From: Candidatus Bathyarchaeota archaeon
GTDB taxonomy: Archaea > Thermoproteota > Bathyarchaeia > Bathyarchaeales > Bathycorpusculaceae
Reading direction: 5' to 3'
Assembly: GCA_963707955.1 (NCBI GenBank)
Contig: OY970176.1
Location: forward strand, 1,536,001-1,600,000
Length of the DNA stretch: 64,000 nt
The notes under the pieces are model-generated. The model made no database searches and was not told the DNA's origin. It saw only the letters and a program-made list of their open reading frames with translations. Position 1 is the first letter of the stretch. Every line of letters starts with the position of its first letter. Both the position numbers and the translations under genes were made by a program. Shown piece after piece: positions 28,886 through 40,781 of this stretch.

Positions 28886-31800
28886 TCAGTTTCGTTTTAT
28901 TCGAATTGTTCTGATATCAAAGGGGTGCAGTGACAAGTTCAGTTTGTTTCCTTGGGTTTTTAGGATGGCTAGTTTTTTCTCCATTAGGTCAGCTTCATAT
29001 GCCTCCTTAATGTAGAAGCCAAATAGGATCTGTGCTTTGGCGCCCTCACCAGAAGCGTCATAGATTCTGATGATGTAGTCGTCTGATTTCTCAGCCAGTT
29101 TGACGCATGAAACTACTACGTTGTTCGGTTTGACTTGGATGAAGCTGGCTGTTTCAGGTTCAGATCCGTCTGATCGAGACGGTTTCGTGACCATTACGGC
29201 TTCGAGCGGATGGTTCAATTCGTAGCCTTTCCTGAAAGTCAGGGCTTCCTTCCAGCTGCCTTTGTGCGGGAAAACGGAGTATCTAATCGTTTGCACTCTT
29301 TGGTCAGGCTTCGGGTCTGGGCTGTAGCTGGTCCTGACCAATGTCATCCTTACCGTATTGCCCTTAACATCAAACCCATACTTAGAGTCGTTGAGAAGGC
29401 TCATTCCGTACTCGCCGTCTGAAAGGTCAACCCATCTCAGCGCCGGTGTCTCAGTGCCGTCAGCCACTCTTTCGACGTAGCCAAACGGAATTTCAAACGT
29501 TGCTTTGGAGTCGTCCAATATGGGTGTAAAAGAGACCTTCAGCATAGGAGCTTCCGTCTTGTCATCGGAAACCTCTCTCCAGTCTGTCACTGTTTCGAAG
29601 TCCACTCTGGGAATGCCCTTCAGAAGCGAGATGTACTGCGTGATCTTGGATCTACCGTGTTTATGGACAACTTTGAACGAAGACTCTCACTGGTCCAGAC
29701 TCTACGAGTTCGACTTCAGCGCCTCTTATGAGGTTCTCTGTTCGACTTATCTCACCGATGATCCAGGCAGACATGTCGTGTGGAAGCTCGTACAAGACCT
29801 GCAGTAGGTTACTGAAAACGGGATTAGTAGATTTGAACCTGTCCTTTTTGAAGACAAACCTGTCAGAAGCTTTGTCATAAAGAGACGTTATAGTGCCGGA
29901 GTTCTTCTCGACTTCAAGCCTGAAGAATTCGTTCTCAACCGCGTTTTCACTGGCTGACAGCCCTGCTAAGTCTTCTCCTGCACGACTGCCCTCGACGAGG
30001 TAGTAAACTCTGTAACCTATTGATGGCACTTTAGCCAAGAACAGGACTCCGTCTCCAGCGACTTGCACCAGTGATTTTTCCTGGCCGCCAGCTGAAATGA
30101 CAGTCGGGTTTCGTGGAATCGCGCGCTTGGGAACCTTGATTTTCACAAGGTCTGTTCGATCCCAAGACAATGAGTTGAAGACAACAATTGGGATGCCGTT
30201 CTTGGAGAACTTTATCCTTTCTGCAAGTGCCCTGACAGAACCCTTCAAGATATCGTCAGCGATCCTTAACGCTTCTTCCGCAAGTTTGACAGGAAGAACG
30301 TACCCTTCGGGGGCTCCGCTTCCGTCAAGGATGTCGTGGAACTGGTTGAAAAGCATGTTCAACCAAGCCTTTCGAAGATCATCCCTCGGATACTTGCCCG
30401 AGAGCGCCGCGAACCGTTCAGCGTCTATGAGCAGCCTCTCACAAAGCCTGTTGTAACGCTTGATGTCACTGTGTGTAGTGTAGCAGCCGTCGAATGTGAA
30501 CTGCAGCTCGTCATTAATGACGGGGAGAGCCTTGATGCTTGGTTGTCTTTCAACTTCTTCAAAGAACCTGTGAGTTGAGCTGAAGGCGAGCGCAGGCAAG
30601 ACCTGCTTCCTCTGAATTTCGTGGGCTGCTTCAACATCTTCGATTGTGGCTCCGCCACCGTGGTCGCCAACCCCGTAGACGAACATGCTCGTCTTGAGTC
30701 CGTAGCGACTGTAGAGCTCGATGGCCACGTCAACTATGTTCTTCGGGGTAACGGAATTGTTGAAAACGCTTGTGAAGGCCAGGGCTCTCGTTCCGTCGGG
30801 CGATTGCCACCAGAAGATGGGGTGGCCTTTGCCGCACCTCATGAAGTAGTAGTACTTCAAGCCGGCTTTACTTGCGACTTGAGGAAGCGTCCAAATGTGA
30901 CCGAAGGTGTCGGGCTCCCAACAAACCTTAGGCTCGAACCCGAATTTCTCCTTCACGTATCGTTTGGCTTCTAGGAACTGCCTGACGAGTGCTTCTGTTC
31001 CAACCATGTTTAGGTCAGCTTCGGTCCACATTGAGGCTGTTATGTCCCAGTTGCCCCGCTTCACATGTCTTCTTATCGCTTCGAAGAGCTCAGGATACTC
31101 CTGCTCGACGGCTCTGTACGTGACGGCTTGGCTCTGAGAAAAGCAGAAGTCAGGGTACTTGTCCATCAGTTTGACCATCGTGCTGAAGGTTTCCCTAATG
31201 GTGTTAAGGGTGTCTTCCCATGGCCAAAGCCAATTCATGTCTATGTGGGCGTGAGCAACGAGGTGTACCCTAAATTCCTTAGCTTTCTGAGATAAGATAG
31301 CCAGTTTGGCTCGGGCCTTGTTTATCTCTTCAAGAAGGGCTGAGGGCTTTCCATTGAAAGCCTCCAGTCTGAAGTCTTGGCAGGCCTTTTGGGTCAATTT
31401 CCCGTCAAGGAACTTGGCAAACCTAAGTTCTTGGATGAATAAGTCGATCTCAAACGCTGTCTTCTCGATGAGGCTGTATGATATGCTGAAAGATGGGACC
31501 ACGACGGGTTCGTATTTTGGATGGAAGTGAATGGCGACGACATGGCTTTTGCTGGGTGTCGCCTTTTCATCCAACAATATCTTGTATTCTCCTAGATCCG
31601 CCCAGTAATCTGCGCTGAATACCTTCTCAGAATCCAGGTAGATCTCTATCTTGTCAAGGATTACTGACGAGAACATCTTCGCGAACGAGCCTGAGACCTC
31701 TATCCCTGCGATCTGTTTGGGAATCGCGATTCTGGTTCTGAGCCAAGCGTCTCCTATTCTAGCATCGACAATCTTGGGCAGGCTGACAGTTTCCCATGAT

Positions 31801-31952
31801 GAATCGTCAAGATTCTGTTTGTAAGCTTCAGGGACTTCTCTTTGAATGAATTTCCACAGAATGTTTTGCCTGTATTCTGTTAACTCTTTATGCTTTTCTT
31901 GAAGTTTCGAGACGAGAAGAACGTAAACGTCTTCGGATTTGTCGCTCGCGAC
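28886..31952 (-). CDS. GH38 alpha-mannosidase, one gene split by a 1-nt insertion near 29675
   Basis: HAHIDMNWLW, WEPDTFGH, YGVGDHGGG, NQFHDILDG; GPVRVFV joins KVVHKHGRSKITQYISL in the next frame; frame open 92 codons upstream of ATG 31676. Confidence 0.9.
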
Positions 31953-32269
31953 TGCTCACTTGGCAATATCTTCTTTTTTAATAGTGTCCTCTGAGAACAT
32001 GAAAGAAGTTAACTTTTATGATTTAGAATTTCAAACGCGGTCAAGAATGAAGGATCTAAGCTGTAGCTCTAAGCAAGCTTCATGTGGGTAACTGCGAACA
32101 GGCAGCTTTTCAGGTTTCTGGGTACCTGTTTACCTTCTCTTTTTCTGTCGCATTCCCCCTTGGAACGTTCACGAGTGTCTGAGTTCTACAGTTATGCACA
32201 AATGTTTATTAAGTCGTAAGATGCACGTTACGGCAACCATCCGATGGTGAAACAAGAAGGAAAAGAACC

Positions 32270-32692
32270 ATGTCTTCAAGAAACAAGAAGAAGTCAAAAG
32301 GCAGGAACACGCAGAATCTGGGGTGTCACACAGAAGCTGTAAAAGTTCTGAGAACGGTAGGAGACCATGAGGCTTTCTATTTCTACGAAGCTGTTGGAAA
32401 ACCAACGGGCGAAGTTGCAAGGAACCTCTCTGATTTTGTCGATAGGGTCAAGTCTGTCAAGTCAGAGAGTCTGATGTTCCATCTTCAGAGAAAAGACTTT
32501 CAAAACTGGGTCGAGAAAATTCTCGGTGACTCCAAACTTGCCGAAGAACTTGAGAGGATTTCTCCTTCAAACAGTGATGACATTCGAGCGAAGATTCACG
32601 AAACCGTTGAAAATCGTGTGAGAGAACTAAGAGAATCATCTGTAGAGATCTCGGTTGACGAGAACGCTGTCGTCCTCCTGCCTTACTCTTAG
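32270..32692 (+). CDS. DUF5752-family protein
   Basis: AFYFY...G..ARNL..F...SLMFH...DFQNWV..ILGD..LA pattern. Confidence 0.7.
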   Translation: MSSRNKKKSKGRNTQNLGCHTEAVKVLRTVGDHEAFYFYEAVGKPTGEVARNLSDFVDRVKSVKSESLMFHLQRKDFQNWVEKILGDSKLAEELERISPSNSDDIRAKIHETVENRVRELRESSVEISVDENAVVLLPYS

Positions 32693-32713
32693 AATTTGCC
32701 ATTTTCTATATCG

Positions 32714-32737
32714 AGCCCATGCACAGGGCTTTTTTTT
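32714..32737 (+). terminator. Hairpin + T-tract terminator
   Basis: AGCCC-N7-GGGCT followed by T7, just after the stop at 32692. Confidence 0.55.
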
Positions 32738-32892
32738 GTTGCATTAGTGTTCAGATTTCAGTTACTCCTTCGCTTCGCCATTTCCCGAAAAATATCGTTC
32801 CATAGCTACTTTCGGGTCAGATTCCTGCCCCCGCTGATTTAGTCCTTCACCCAAAATGTGGCGCCAGCCTCTGGACGGATAAGCTGCACCTG

Positions 32893-35013
32893 TTATTGCC
32901 TATTCAGTAGTTCCAGCATGGCGCGGATATCTGTTGTTGGGAGGTTGCAGACGTGGCTTCGGCACACAAACGCCGTTGCCTTGTCTCCCTCACCGTGCAT
33001 GCTCTCAGTGAATTTGGCAATGTCAGTTATTTCTTGAGGCTTCTCGGTTGTGGAGCGGAGTATTACGACTTTTCTGGGAAGAAACTTGCTCCAAAGAGTT
33101 TGCAGCATCCTGGCTGTGTCTTCTTTCTGCGAGTCCCCCACAACTACTACTTCACTTGAGGGCCCCAGTGCGAAATCAAGGACGCTCATTAATTGTGTAT
33201 GGGCAGAGGGATCGTTTGTCACTTCCGTTGAGAAGGCACGCATCAACTGTGCTGCTTCTTCTTCAAACCGTGTTTCTTCCGTCATTCGCGCCAGGTAGAT
33301 CAAATCCAAGGCTGCAGCAGAATTGCCTGATGGATAGGCACCATCATAGATCCCTTTGCTTCTCAGGAGAGCTGTCTCTGAATAGTCGGCAGTCTGGTAG
33401 AAGCCTCCACGTTCTTTGTCCCAGAAGTGTGCAAGCATCTTGTCTGCTAGGTCGATTGCGTACCGGAGGTATTTCGTTTCAAAGACTGCTTCGTAGAGTT
33501 CCACGAGGCCCCAAGTGAAGAAAGCGTAGTCGTCCAAGAAACCGTCTATGCTTGCTTCTCCTTCTCGGTAACGGTGAAGGAGCTTGCCTTCTGCGTCGCA
33601 TAAGTTTCCGATTATGAGGTCAGCGGCCTTTCTCGCTGCTGCCGAGTATTCAGGCTCATCGAAAACCTGGCTGGCCTTTGCCAAAGCCACGATCATTAAG
33701 CCGTTCCAGTCGGTGAGAATCTTGTCGTCTTTGCTTGGGTGAACGCGTTTCTGGCGAACGGCAAGAAGCTTTAGACGGGCCTCTTCGATTAGTTTCTGAA
33801 GCTTTTCTGGCGAAAAGTGCAAGTCCACTGCTAGTTCAGCGGCCGGTTTTCGTAGGTGGAGAACATTCTTTCCAGTCTCCTTGCCAGTTGTCGCTTCAAC
33901 AAAGTTGCCTCCCTCTTCAATGCTGAAGACCTTTTTAATGAGTTCCGCTTCGTCTTCAGACAACGCTTGCCTGATTTCTCGTTCAGTCCAAAGGTAGAAT
34001 TTTCCTTCCTCACCTTCGCTGTCAGCATCTTCAGCCGAATAGAAGCCGCCGCTTGGGTCGGTCATGTTGCAAAGGACGTACGCGATTACTTCGCGAGCTG
34101 TGTGTCTGTAATCTTCTTTTTCTGTCACCTGGTAAGCTTCGGTGTAAGCTATGATAAGCATTGCTTGGTCGTAGAGCATTTTCTCAAAGTGGGGGACACG
34201 CCATTTCGCATCCGTGGAGTAGCGGTGAAAACCAAAGCCTAAGTGGTCGTAGATGCCTCCCAGCCGCATGGCATCAAGGGTTTTCTCGACCATTTGCAGG
34301 GCTTTGTCGTGTCGAGTTCGCTTCCAGTATCTTAGAAGGAAGCTCAGGTTGTGGGGTGAGGGAAATTTCGGTGCGTTCCCGAAGCCGCCGTTGCGTTCGT
34401 CAAAGTTCTCTGCGAGGTGCAAGTATGCTTCGTCCAGGGTAGATTCAGCAAGTTCTTCAGTAAGCTGCAAGCTTGATTCATTTTCTCTCCCTTTGAGAAG
34501 CGCTGTGATCTTCTCTGCAGAGTCGATGAGCTCGTTTCTTTTCGACGCCCAGAGTTGCCTGATCTGCGGTACAAGTTGTTTCATTCCCAACTGCCCAAAC
34601 CTGTTTTCTTTAGGGATGTATGTCGCTGCGAAGAACGGCTTCTTGTCAGCGGTCATGATTATGTGCAGAGGCCATCCGCCTGTTCCAGTGATCGCTTGGC
34701 AAACTTTTATGTAGGCAGCGTCTAAGTCTGGCCTTTCTTCGCGGTCCACTTTTATGCACACAAAAGTGTCATTGAGCATTCTTGCGACTTCTGGGTCTTC
34801 AAACGATTCTCTCTCCATAACATGGCACCAGTGGCACGCTGAGTAGCCGATGGACAAGAAGACCGGTTTGTCTCCTGCGCTGGCCTTTTGAAAGGCTTCA
34901 GCACCCCAAGGATACCAATCCACCGGATTGTGGGCATGCTGCAAAAGGTAAGGGCTCTTCTCAGAGATCAGCCTGTTAGACGTTGAATCCTTTCCAGAGG
35001 TCATCGTCAGCAC
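32893..35013 (-). CDS. Thioredoxin-domain YyaL/SSP411 (DUF255) family protein
   Basis: [47 protein letters not shown]. Confidence 0.95.
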   Translation of the reverse strand: MLTMTSGKDSTSNRLISEKSPYLLQHAHNPVDWYPWGAEAFQKASAGDKPVFLSIGYSACHWCHVMERESFEDPEVARMLNDTFVCIKVDREERPDLDAAYIKVCQAITGTGGWPLHIIMTADKKPFFAATYIPKENRFGQLGMKQLVPQIRQLWASKRNELIDSAEKITALLKGRENESSLQLTEELAESTLDEAYLHLAENFDERNGGFGNAPKFPSPHNLSFLLRYWKRTRHDKALQMVEKTLDAMRLGGIYDHLGFGFHRYSTDAKWRVPHFEKMLYDQAMLIIAYTEAYQVTEKEDYRHTAREVIAYVLCNMTDPSGGFYSAEDADSEGEEGKFYLWTEREIRQALSEDEAELIKKVFSIEEGGNFVEATTGKETGKNVLHLRKPAAELAVDLHFSPEKLQKLIEEARLKLLAVRQKRVHPSKDDKILTDWNGLMIVALAKASQVFDEPEYSAAARKAADLIIGNLCDAEGKLLHRYREGEASIDGFLDDYAFFTWGLVELYEAVFETKYLRYAIDLADKMLAHFWDKERGGFYQTADYSETALLRSKGIYDGAYPSGNSAAALDLIYLARMTEETRFEEEAAQLMRAFSTEVTNDPSAHTQLMSVLDFALGPSSEVVVVGDSQKEDTARMLQTLWSKFLPRKVVILRSTTEKPQEITDIAKFTESMHGEGDKATAFVCRSHVCNLPTTDIRAMLELLNRQ

Positions 35014-35271
35014 TACCCTTGGTACTTATAGCATGAGCACAGAATAACCTATCCAGTAGGCGAGGTTTTGAGTAGTCTGTATGCTTGTTCCTCAATCTCA
35101 GCTATTTCCACCATCTTAGGTCAAAGTGCTTCTGGCCCAAATCTGTGTTGAAACAGGAATATGAGGGAATTGCGGAAGTAGACCCTGCAAAAAGTTAAGA
35201 GCATCATTGACAAACCATAGCACCGCGCCCGCCCCCTTTGCCCTTCAGGATTCTGTTTTTCTGCGTTACAT

Positions 35272-35778
35272 TTGTACATGAAGATATACCAAGTCTGCAC
35301 GGGCTACACAGTGTTCGTGGAATCACACTTGGAAAAGAATGAGAAAATCTTCTTCGGAATTGCGTTGCTGCTTGTTTTGTGCGCTCTGGCAAGCGGAACT
35401 GCATTATCGTTGCTTCAGGCAAGTAGAACTATCTCTAACACAGGATCAGTAAAGGGCATTGGAGTGGGGATCTATTGGGATTTAGCGTGTACAAACCAGA
35501 CATCTTCGATCAATTGGGGACTCTTGGATCCGGGTTCGAACAAAACGGTGGGGATCTACGTTAGAAATGAAGGAAACTCCGTCGCTGTGCTCTCCAAGAC
35601 TGTTCAAAACTGGAATCCATCAAACCTCCAAAGCTACGTGTCCTTGAATTGGAATTACGTCAATCAAACTTTGAGCGTGAATCAGGTTCTCCAAGTAAAT
35701 ATGACGCTAATTGTCTCATCAACGGTTTCAGGGATAACAAACTTCAGCTTTGACATAACGATAAGCGCAACAGGTTAG
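35272..35778 (+). CDS. Secreted/surface beta-rich protein (true start probably ~35329)
   Basis: Signal-like hydrophobic stretch, N/S/T-rich, YVRNEGN, many NxS/T sequons. Confidence 0.75.
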   Translation: MYMKIYQVCTGYTVFVESHLEKNEKIFFGIALLLVLCALASGTALSLLQASRTISNTGSVKGIGVGIYWDLACTNQTSSINWGLLDPGSNKTVGIYVRNEGNSVAVLSKTVQNWNPSNLQSYVSLNWNYVNQTLSVNQVLQVNMTLIVSSTVSGITNFSFDITISATG

Positions 35779-35896
35779 CAAAACCCTTCCACTTTTTTTG
35801 TCAACGAAAAAGAAACGTCAGCGCACGATTCCACATTGGGAAAACAAACCGGTGACTTCACGTGATTCTTCGGTTTATCGGTATGCAACAAAGTCA

Positions 35897-37741
35897 TCAT
35901 TCATAAGACCGCGGACCTGGCCATCTACGCTGGTCGACAAGAATTCTTTCAAAATCGACGTCTTGCATGTTCCTTATGAAAGTGATCACTTCCCTAAATT
36001 GGCCTGGAAGGTATATTGTCTCTTTTCCTGGGCCTCGAAGCGTGAACCCCGTTCTTGCCTCCACAGCAAACACCATCACAGCAGCCAGAAGCGGAATCAG
36101 AGGGATCAACGCCAAGAAAATTCCAAAGAATGAGGGCTGTACGAGTCCGCTTGCTGTCAGGGAATTCACCAGTTCATTAATCATAGACACCAAGACTGTT
36201 GGAAGAATTGATCTCAGAAAGAGCGCGACAAAAAGCATTAGAGCAATGATGGAGCCGGCAACAAGGGTCTTCCACGAGAATCTTCGGGTATGTTCGATGG
36301 ACGTGACATTTACGTAAGGGATCTCGATGACCTTTCTTGAAATCACACCTCTCCTGATGAACAGTCTACGCCCAGTGGCTATCACTCCCCAAGTACCTGA
36401 TGACCAACTCTTCAAGACATTCTCTGGTTCGGCTATGGTTGCTCGAACCTCGCTGGGCATCGCGATCAGTCCTCTCTCTTTAATCAACTCTTCTGACAGG
36501 GCTTCATCAAGTTGTCCAGTGAGCTTTGAAACAGTCATGTCTGACGTTCTTTGCTTGGCGTTGGCCGACATTTCACTCCAGAGACTTGAGTCCTCGCACA
36601 GTTTGGTGACCGCTGCGGCTGCACCTTCCACATCGTCCGGCCCCTTAACATGGATGCCTTCCTTACCGTCTCGAATGAGCCAAGCTTGCCCTTCAACGGC
36701 TGATGTGATCACCGGGACCCCCAAATACATGAACTCCAACTGTGTTAGCCCAAGAGCCTCTGACCTGCTCAGCAGAACGTTCAGGTAGGAGGATTTCATA
36801 AGCTGCACTTTCTGCTCCTCACTCACTTCTCCAAGGTACGTTACGTTTGGCAAACTCTGGGCGGTATCGATGACTTTCTGAGAATAGGACGAATCGCCCT
36901 TTCCAGCAATGACGAAGTGAATGTCTCTCCTTTCCTTCAGAATTTCGGCTATCTTGAGGACTGCGAGCGGGTTTTTGCGTTCTTCAATACTGCCCACGTA
37001 AGACACTATTTTCTTGTCCTCGTCAATGCTGGATTGTTTGAGGAAGTTTTTGACGCCCTGATCATTGCCTCTCAAATAGCGCGAAAAAACCTCTTCATCC
37101 ACACCGCCAGGGTACAAGAAACACTTCTCTGGTTTTGCTCCCATCTTCACTTTGGCCTCTTTCTCCAAGGGTGTGACCACGAGAATGAGGTTGGCGGTTG
37201 AAAAGATTTGAGGAAGCGTGAGCCTGTTCCACGCGACCCTGAAAGATCTTTCAGTTAAGGAATACCTTTTTGGTGAAGGTTCCTGAAAATGAGACATGTG
37301 GCAGAAGACGAGAGGATCTCGATATCCGCCTATTCTCTTCATATACCGACGCCATTCTATGAATTTGGCAACTTCCTCGGGACCGTTCCACAAAGTGCTG
37401 TGCGTTATTAGAACATCTAAGTGGAAGCCGTCGACGATTCTCTCCAAGACTGGTATGAAGTCTCTAAAGCCTATTCGGCGAGGAGGCCATCTTGCTATAT
37501 AGCTGTCCACTCGAATTATGGGTATGCCAAGTTCGGGGTCTCGTTCTGTGTACGAGTACCCCCCTGAGCTGGCCAAGTCTGCCGAAGAGACCACTTCCGT
37601 GCCATCATGATAATTGCTTGTGATAAGAAATGTTTCATGCCCAAGCCTGATGAATTCCTTCACCATTCTTTCGGCAACTAACTCTTGCCCCTTGCTCTTG
37701 CTAGTCTGATAAATTATGACTCCGATTCGCTTCTTCAGCAA
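35897..37741 (-). CDS. GT4 glycosyltransferase with C-terminal membrane/PH-like domain
   Basis: YVGSIEERKNP, SRSEALGLTQLEFM; two TMs near the C-terminus; TTG start at 37741 preferred over the ORF start at 37849. Confidence 0.85.
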   Translation of the reverse strand: MLKKRIGVIIYQTSKSKGQELVAERMVKEFIRLGHETFLITSNYHDGTEVVSSADLASSGGYSYTERDPELGIPIIRVDSYIARWPPRRIGFRDFIPVLERIVDGFHLDVLITHSTLWNGPEEVAKFIEWRRYMKRIGGYRDPLVFCHMSHFQEPSPKRYSLTERSFRVAWNRLTLPQIFSTANLILVVTPLEKEAKVKMGAKPEKCFLYPGGVDEEVFSRYLRGNDQGVKNFLKQSSIDEDKKIVSYVGSIEERKNPLAVLKIAEILKERRDIHFVIAGKGDSSYSQKVIDTAQSLPNVTYLGEVSEEQKVQLMKSSYLNVLLSRSEALGLTQLEFMYLGVPVITSAVEGQAWLIRDGKEGIHVKGPDDVEGAAAAVTKLCEDSSLWSEMSANAKQRTSDMTVSKLTGQLDEALSEELIKERGLIAMPSEVRATIAEPENVLKSWSSGTWGVIATGRRLFIRRGVISRKVIEIPYVNVTSIEHTRRFSWKTLVAGSIIALMLFVALFLRSILPTVLVSMINELVNSLTASGLVQPSFFGIFLALIPLIPLLAAVMVFAVEARTGFTLRGPGKETIYLPGQFREVITFIRNMQDVDFERILVDQRRWPGPRSYE

Positions 37742-37838
37742 TTGACTTCCCTTGCGTCTGCGGGAAACGGTGTTTTCCGCAAATTCCCAGCGCGTGCTAG
37801 GCTTGCTTGCCTCGATGGGACTTGCCCAATCTCTACAA

Positions 37839-39122
37839 TTATTGGTCACGGGAACTCATAAACCTACTTGCTCGATCGTTTTTCAACTGCGTTCGAGTCC
37901 TTTCTCGATTAGGATTGGTCCTAATCATAGGAAAATCAGAACGGAATCTGAGATCGTTTACGAGTAGAGCTTTCAAGAAACGTGGAACATCTTCGAACTT
38001 CACGAGGTAATCGCAATCGAGAAGTTTCAAGGGCGTTTCGCCATGGAGCACGCCGACGCTGATACTTGAGGCTCTGAAAGCAGGGTTATCCGTTTCCGAG
38101 TCTCCCAAATAGAGGACACCACTTTTAACAGCTAACTCCTCAAGCGTTTCCTGTAACGCTCTGCCTTTGTCAGGAGCAACAGGATAGACGTCGTAAAAGG
38201 GGCGATTCTCATATCTCAACAACCTCAGTTTCAACGCCTTACAGTAATTCGCGACGACTTCAGCTTGACATTTCGCTGCCTCTGGATCCTTTGTTCGCCG
38301 CCAGTCTACGCAGAAAGCGATTGTGCGGGCTTCAGAATCCTGTTTTTCCTCGATCTCAACCCCAGCAGCAGTGATATGTGATCTTGCATAGTCAATCGCA
38401 CGAGAAATGTTTGGCAATCTCGATTCCAAGCATTCTCTTTTCAAAACTCTCTTTCCAATCTGCGTTTCCAGTCCGCCCATCGCTGACCATGCGTGGGCAA
38501 AGGGCGTCCTTGGCATCACAAACCCCAAGTCTTTCATAGTAAAAATCGATATCGGCAAAAACCTGCTAATCCGCCGAAGCATTACACCCGTTTCCAGCGG
38601 AACATGCGACTCACTTCTTGGAACATTCAGAGGACTTATGGTTCCATCATAGTCCGACGACAAACACTTCAGATTCATCGTTCGAGGCGCGTTTCCGTCT
38701 GGTGGACTATTTTGGCCCGTCAATGATCTTTTGTCCGACTTCATGGACTTGTGTTTGTAATCCTCCATGTTTGTCGGGGTTTTTTCTTTCATCGGTTTTC
38801 CAGAGACCAAACGGAAAAGTATGGCCTTCGAATTCCTTCGTTTTGCCAACCAACCTGCGCGAACTAGCTGATTGAGGTAGTTGCTCTCAATAGCTCGACA
38901 GCGTCCTGTGAGATCTGATACTTCTGTTGCTGTACATTCGCCTTTAGAGGCCACAGTAAGGTAGGCCTTTCGAAGATGATCAGGTAGCGAAAACAATTCT
39001 GATTCGGAAATTTCTAACGGTGGAGGATTCCAACTTGAAATAGAATTCTCAATATCATCAAGCCGATAGCGTATTTCCTGCATCTCTCGGAGAATTCGAT
39101 CGAACATCGATCTCCTTACCAA
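37839..39122 (-). CDS. wHTH fused to HAD-IIB phosphatase (trehalose-phosphatase-like)
   Basis: LPDHLRKAY...TATEVS...RAIESNYLNQLV HTH; DYDGT, DKGRAL, YLGDSETD HAD motifs. Confidence 0.8.
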   Translation of the reverse strand: MVRRSMFDRILREMQEIRYRLDDIENSISSWNPPPLEISESELFSLPDHLRKAYLTVASKGECTATEVSDLTGRCRAIESNYLNQLVRAGWLAKRRNSKAILFRLVSGKPMKEKTPTNMEDYKHKSMKSDKRSLTGQNSPPDGNAPRTMNLKCLSSDYDGTISPLNVPRSESHVPLETGVMLRRISRFLPISIFTMKDLGFVMPRTPFAHAWSAMGGLETQIGKRVLKRECLESRLPNISRAIDYARSHITAAGVEIEEKQDSEARTIAFCVDWRRTKDPEAAKCQAEVVANYCKALKLRLLRYENRPFYDVYPVAPDKGRALQETLEELAVKSGVLYLGDSETDNPAFRASSISVGVLHGETPLKLLDCDYLVKFEDVPRFLKALLVNDLRFRSDFPMIRTNPNRERTRTQLKNDRASRFMSSRDQ

Positions 39123-39582
39123 GTTTGCGATCCATCCCCCTTTTTACTCAGTCTCTTCCGATTTATCATTCTTTTGGTTCATAGCGCCCGAGTGCAGATC
39201 TGACCACGGCTACTGGCACATGCCAAAACGGTAGCTCTGATCAAAACATTGCTAGTGACCATGACTCTTTCCCTTTCTCGATACCGCGTCAGTTCTTCTT
39301 GCTCTTTCGCATCTGGCTAGTGATCAAAGAGCAACAACTATATGGTGGTTAGTGTGCAAATGTTTACCAGAAAAACAGAATTCGAACGTGGATTTCGTTC
39401 TCAACGCTAGAGTGCACGTTCGCGCGCGTCAAATCGTTCGAAATCAGCGCGCACCACTCATGGTATATAGCATATGACAAAAACCAAGCTTGGATTAGGA
39501 CTTCGGGAGAAGTGTCCACCTGCGAACGCACAATTCGCTCTAAGTTGCCGTCAGAAGCTGAGAAGGAGAAAGTGGCACAGCG

Positions 39583-40116
39583 CTAGTATTTTCCGACCTT
39601 TTTTCCCGCTCTATGATAGAAGCCTTCTTCGCCAACCCATTTAAGAAGAGTTCCATCTTTCCAATCATAGCCTTCGCGAACATGAATTGCAAGAACCTCT
39701 CCTATGAACCAGACATGGTCTCCAACTTCTATGGCTTGAACAACTTTGCACTCAATGCTCAGAGGACTCTCCTCAATGAGGGGCGCGCTGACCCTGCTCG
39801 CGGGGACCGCCGTTAGCTTTGCCAACTCAAACTTGTCCACGTCTCGCCCGGAGTTTTCCCCACAGATCTTTACGGCTTCAATGAGCTTATCATCGACTAT
39901 GTTGACAACGTAAGCTTCGCTTTTTTGGATAAGCCCATAAGAAAATCTCGAAGGCGCTATGCCCACTCCAACCAGAGTCGGCTTTCCAGAGAAGTAGGCA
40001 AACATGCCGATGCTAATTATATTCTTCTTTCCAGAATGTTCACACGATACTAGGTACACGGGTCGAATCGGCAGCTTTCCAAGACCTTCCCGAACCGAAA
40101 TCTCGCTCTTCATCAA
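39583..40116 (-). CDS. Flavin reductase family protein
   Basis: PVYLVS, SGRDVDKF, PLIEES...IEC, GDHVWFIGEV. Confidence 0.93.
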   Translation of the reverse strand: MMKSEISVREGLGKLPIRPVYLVSCEHSGKKNIISIGMFAYFSGKPTLVGVGIAPSRFSYGLIQKSEAYVVNIVDDKLIEAVKICGENSGRDVDKFELAKLTAVPASRVSAPLIEESPLSIECKVVQAIEVGDHVWFIGEVLAIHVREGYDWKDGTLLKWVGEEGFYHRAGKKVGKY

Positions 40117-40130
40117 CCATCAAATCCTCC

Positions 40131-40202
40131 AGCGTGTTGTTAAACTTGAATTCTCTATGAAGGGTTTAGGCTGATATTTTCTTATTAAGTTTGCAGCATG
40201 TT
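40131..40202. repeat. Short degenerate inverted-repeat element related to the MITE ends
   Basis: AGCGTGTTGTTAAACTT ... AAGTTTGCAGCATGTT. Confidence 0.45.
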
Positions 40203-40204
40203 AA

Positions 40205-40381
40205 CCTCATCTGAGCTTGAACGGAAAAACACCAGCTCAAGCAGCTAGAATGGAAGCTCCGAACAACTGGAAAGGTCTTATTGAAGAAGCAACAAAATAT
40301 GAAGCCAAAGTTCTAACGAAAGCAACTAGTCCTGAGACAGAAGCGAAAGAAGAAAGAAAAGTGGAGGCGATTGTGAAATGA
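40205..40381 (+). pseudogene. C-terminal remnant of an archaeal IS6-like DDE transposase
   Basis: PHLSLNGKTPAQAARMEAPNNWKGLIEEA, matching the RPHxxLxGKTPAxAAG..W..LI tail. Confidence 0.7.
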
Positions 40382-40545
40382 GAAAAGTTCTAGTGGCACT
40401 TCCCGAAAATGTTGCTGATCTCCTGAACAAAGAGTTAGTTGGAACGATAGGTGAAACCTGCTCAGATACGTTACGAACAATTATAATGAGCTGGTTATCA
40501 GAGAAAGGATACTTAACGACAGGTGGAAAACATGACAAAGAGTAA
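40378..40545 (+). CDS. CopG/ribbon-helix-helix small protein (55 aa)
   Basis: MRKVLVALPENVADLL...GETCSDTLRTIIMSWLSEKGY; GGAGG RBS, ATGA overlap. Confidence 0.7.
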   Translation: MRKVLVALPENVADLLNKELVGTIGETCSDTLRTIIMSWLSEKGYLTTGGKHDKE

Positions 40546-40688
40546 GCATATAAAAACGAGAGCTTGCAGAAGAAACAGATTTGCTGGACACTATGCTTTC
40601 AAGCCTTGTGGAATTGCTTGAAGAAAAGGGCCTACTGACACATGAAGAATGGGAAAAACGGGTTAAGGAACGAGTCACTATTAAGTAG
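40532..40688 (+). CDS. Small helical hypothetical protein, frameshifted near 40556
   Basis: MTKSKHIK joins ELAEETDLLDTMLSSLVELLEEKGLLTHEEWEKRVKERVTIK* with one extra base. Confidence 0.55.
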
Positions 40689-40781
40689 AGATGCAGGTGT
40701 TTACCATAAAAGATATGGGTTAGTATTTCATAACATTATTATATATGGTTCTGGAATACTCGATGCTGAGAGGAACGGTTT

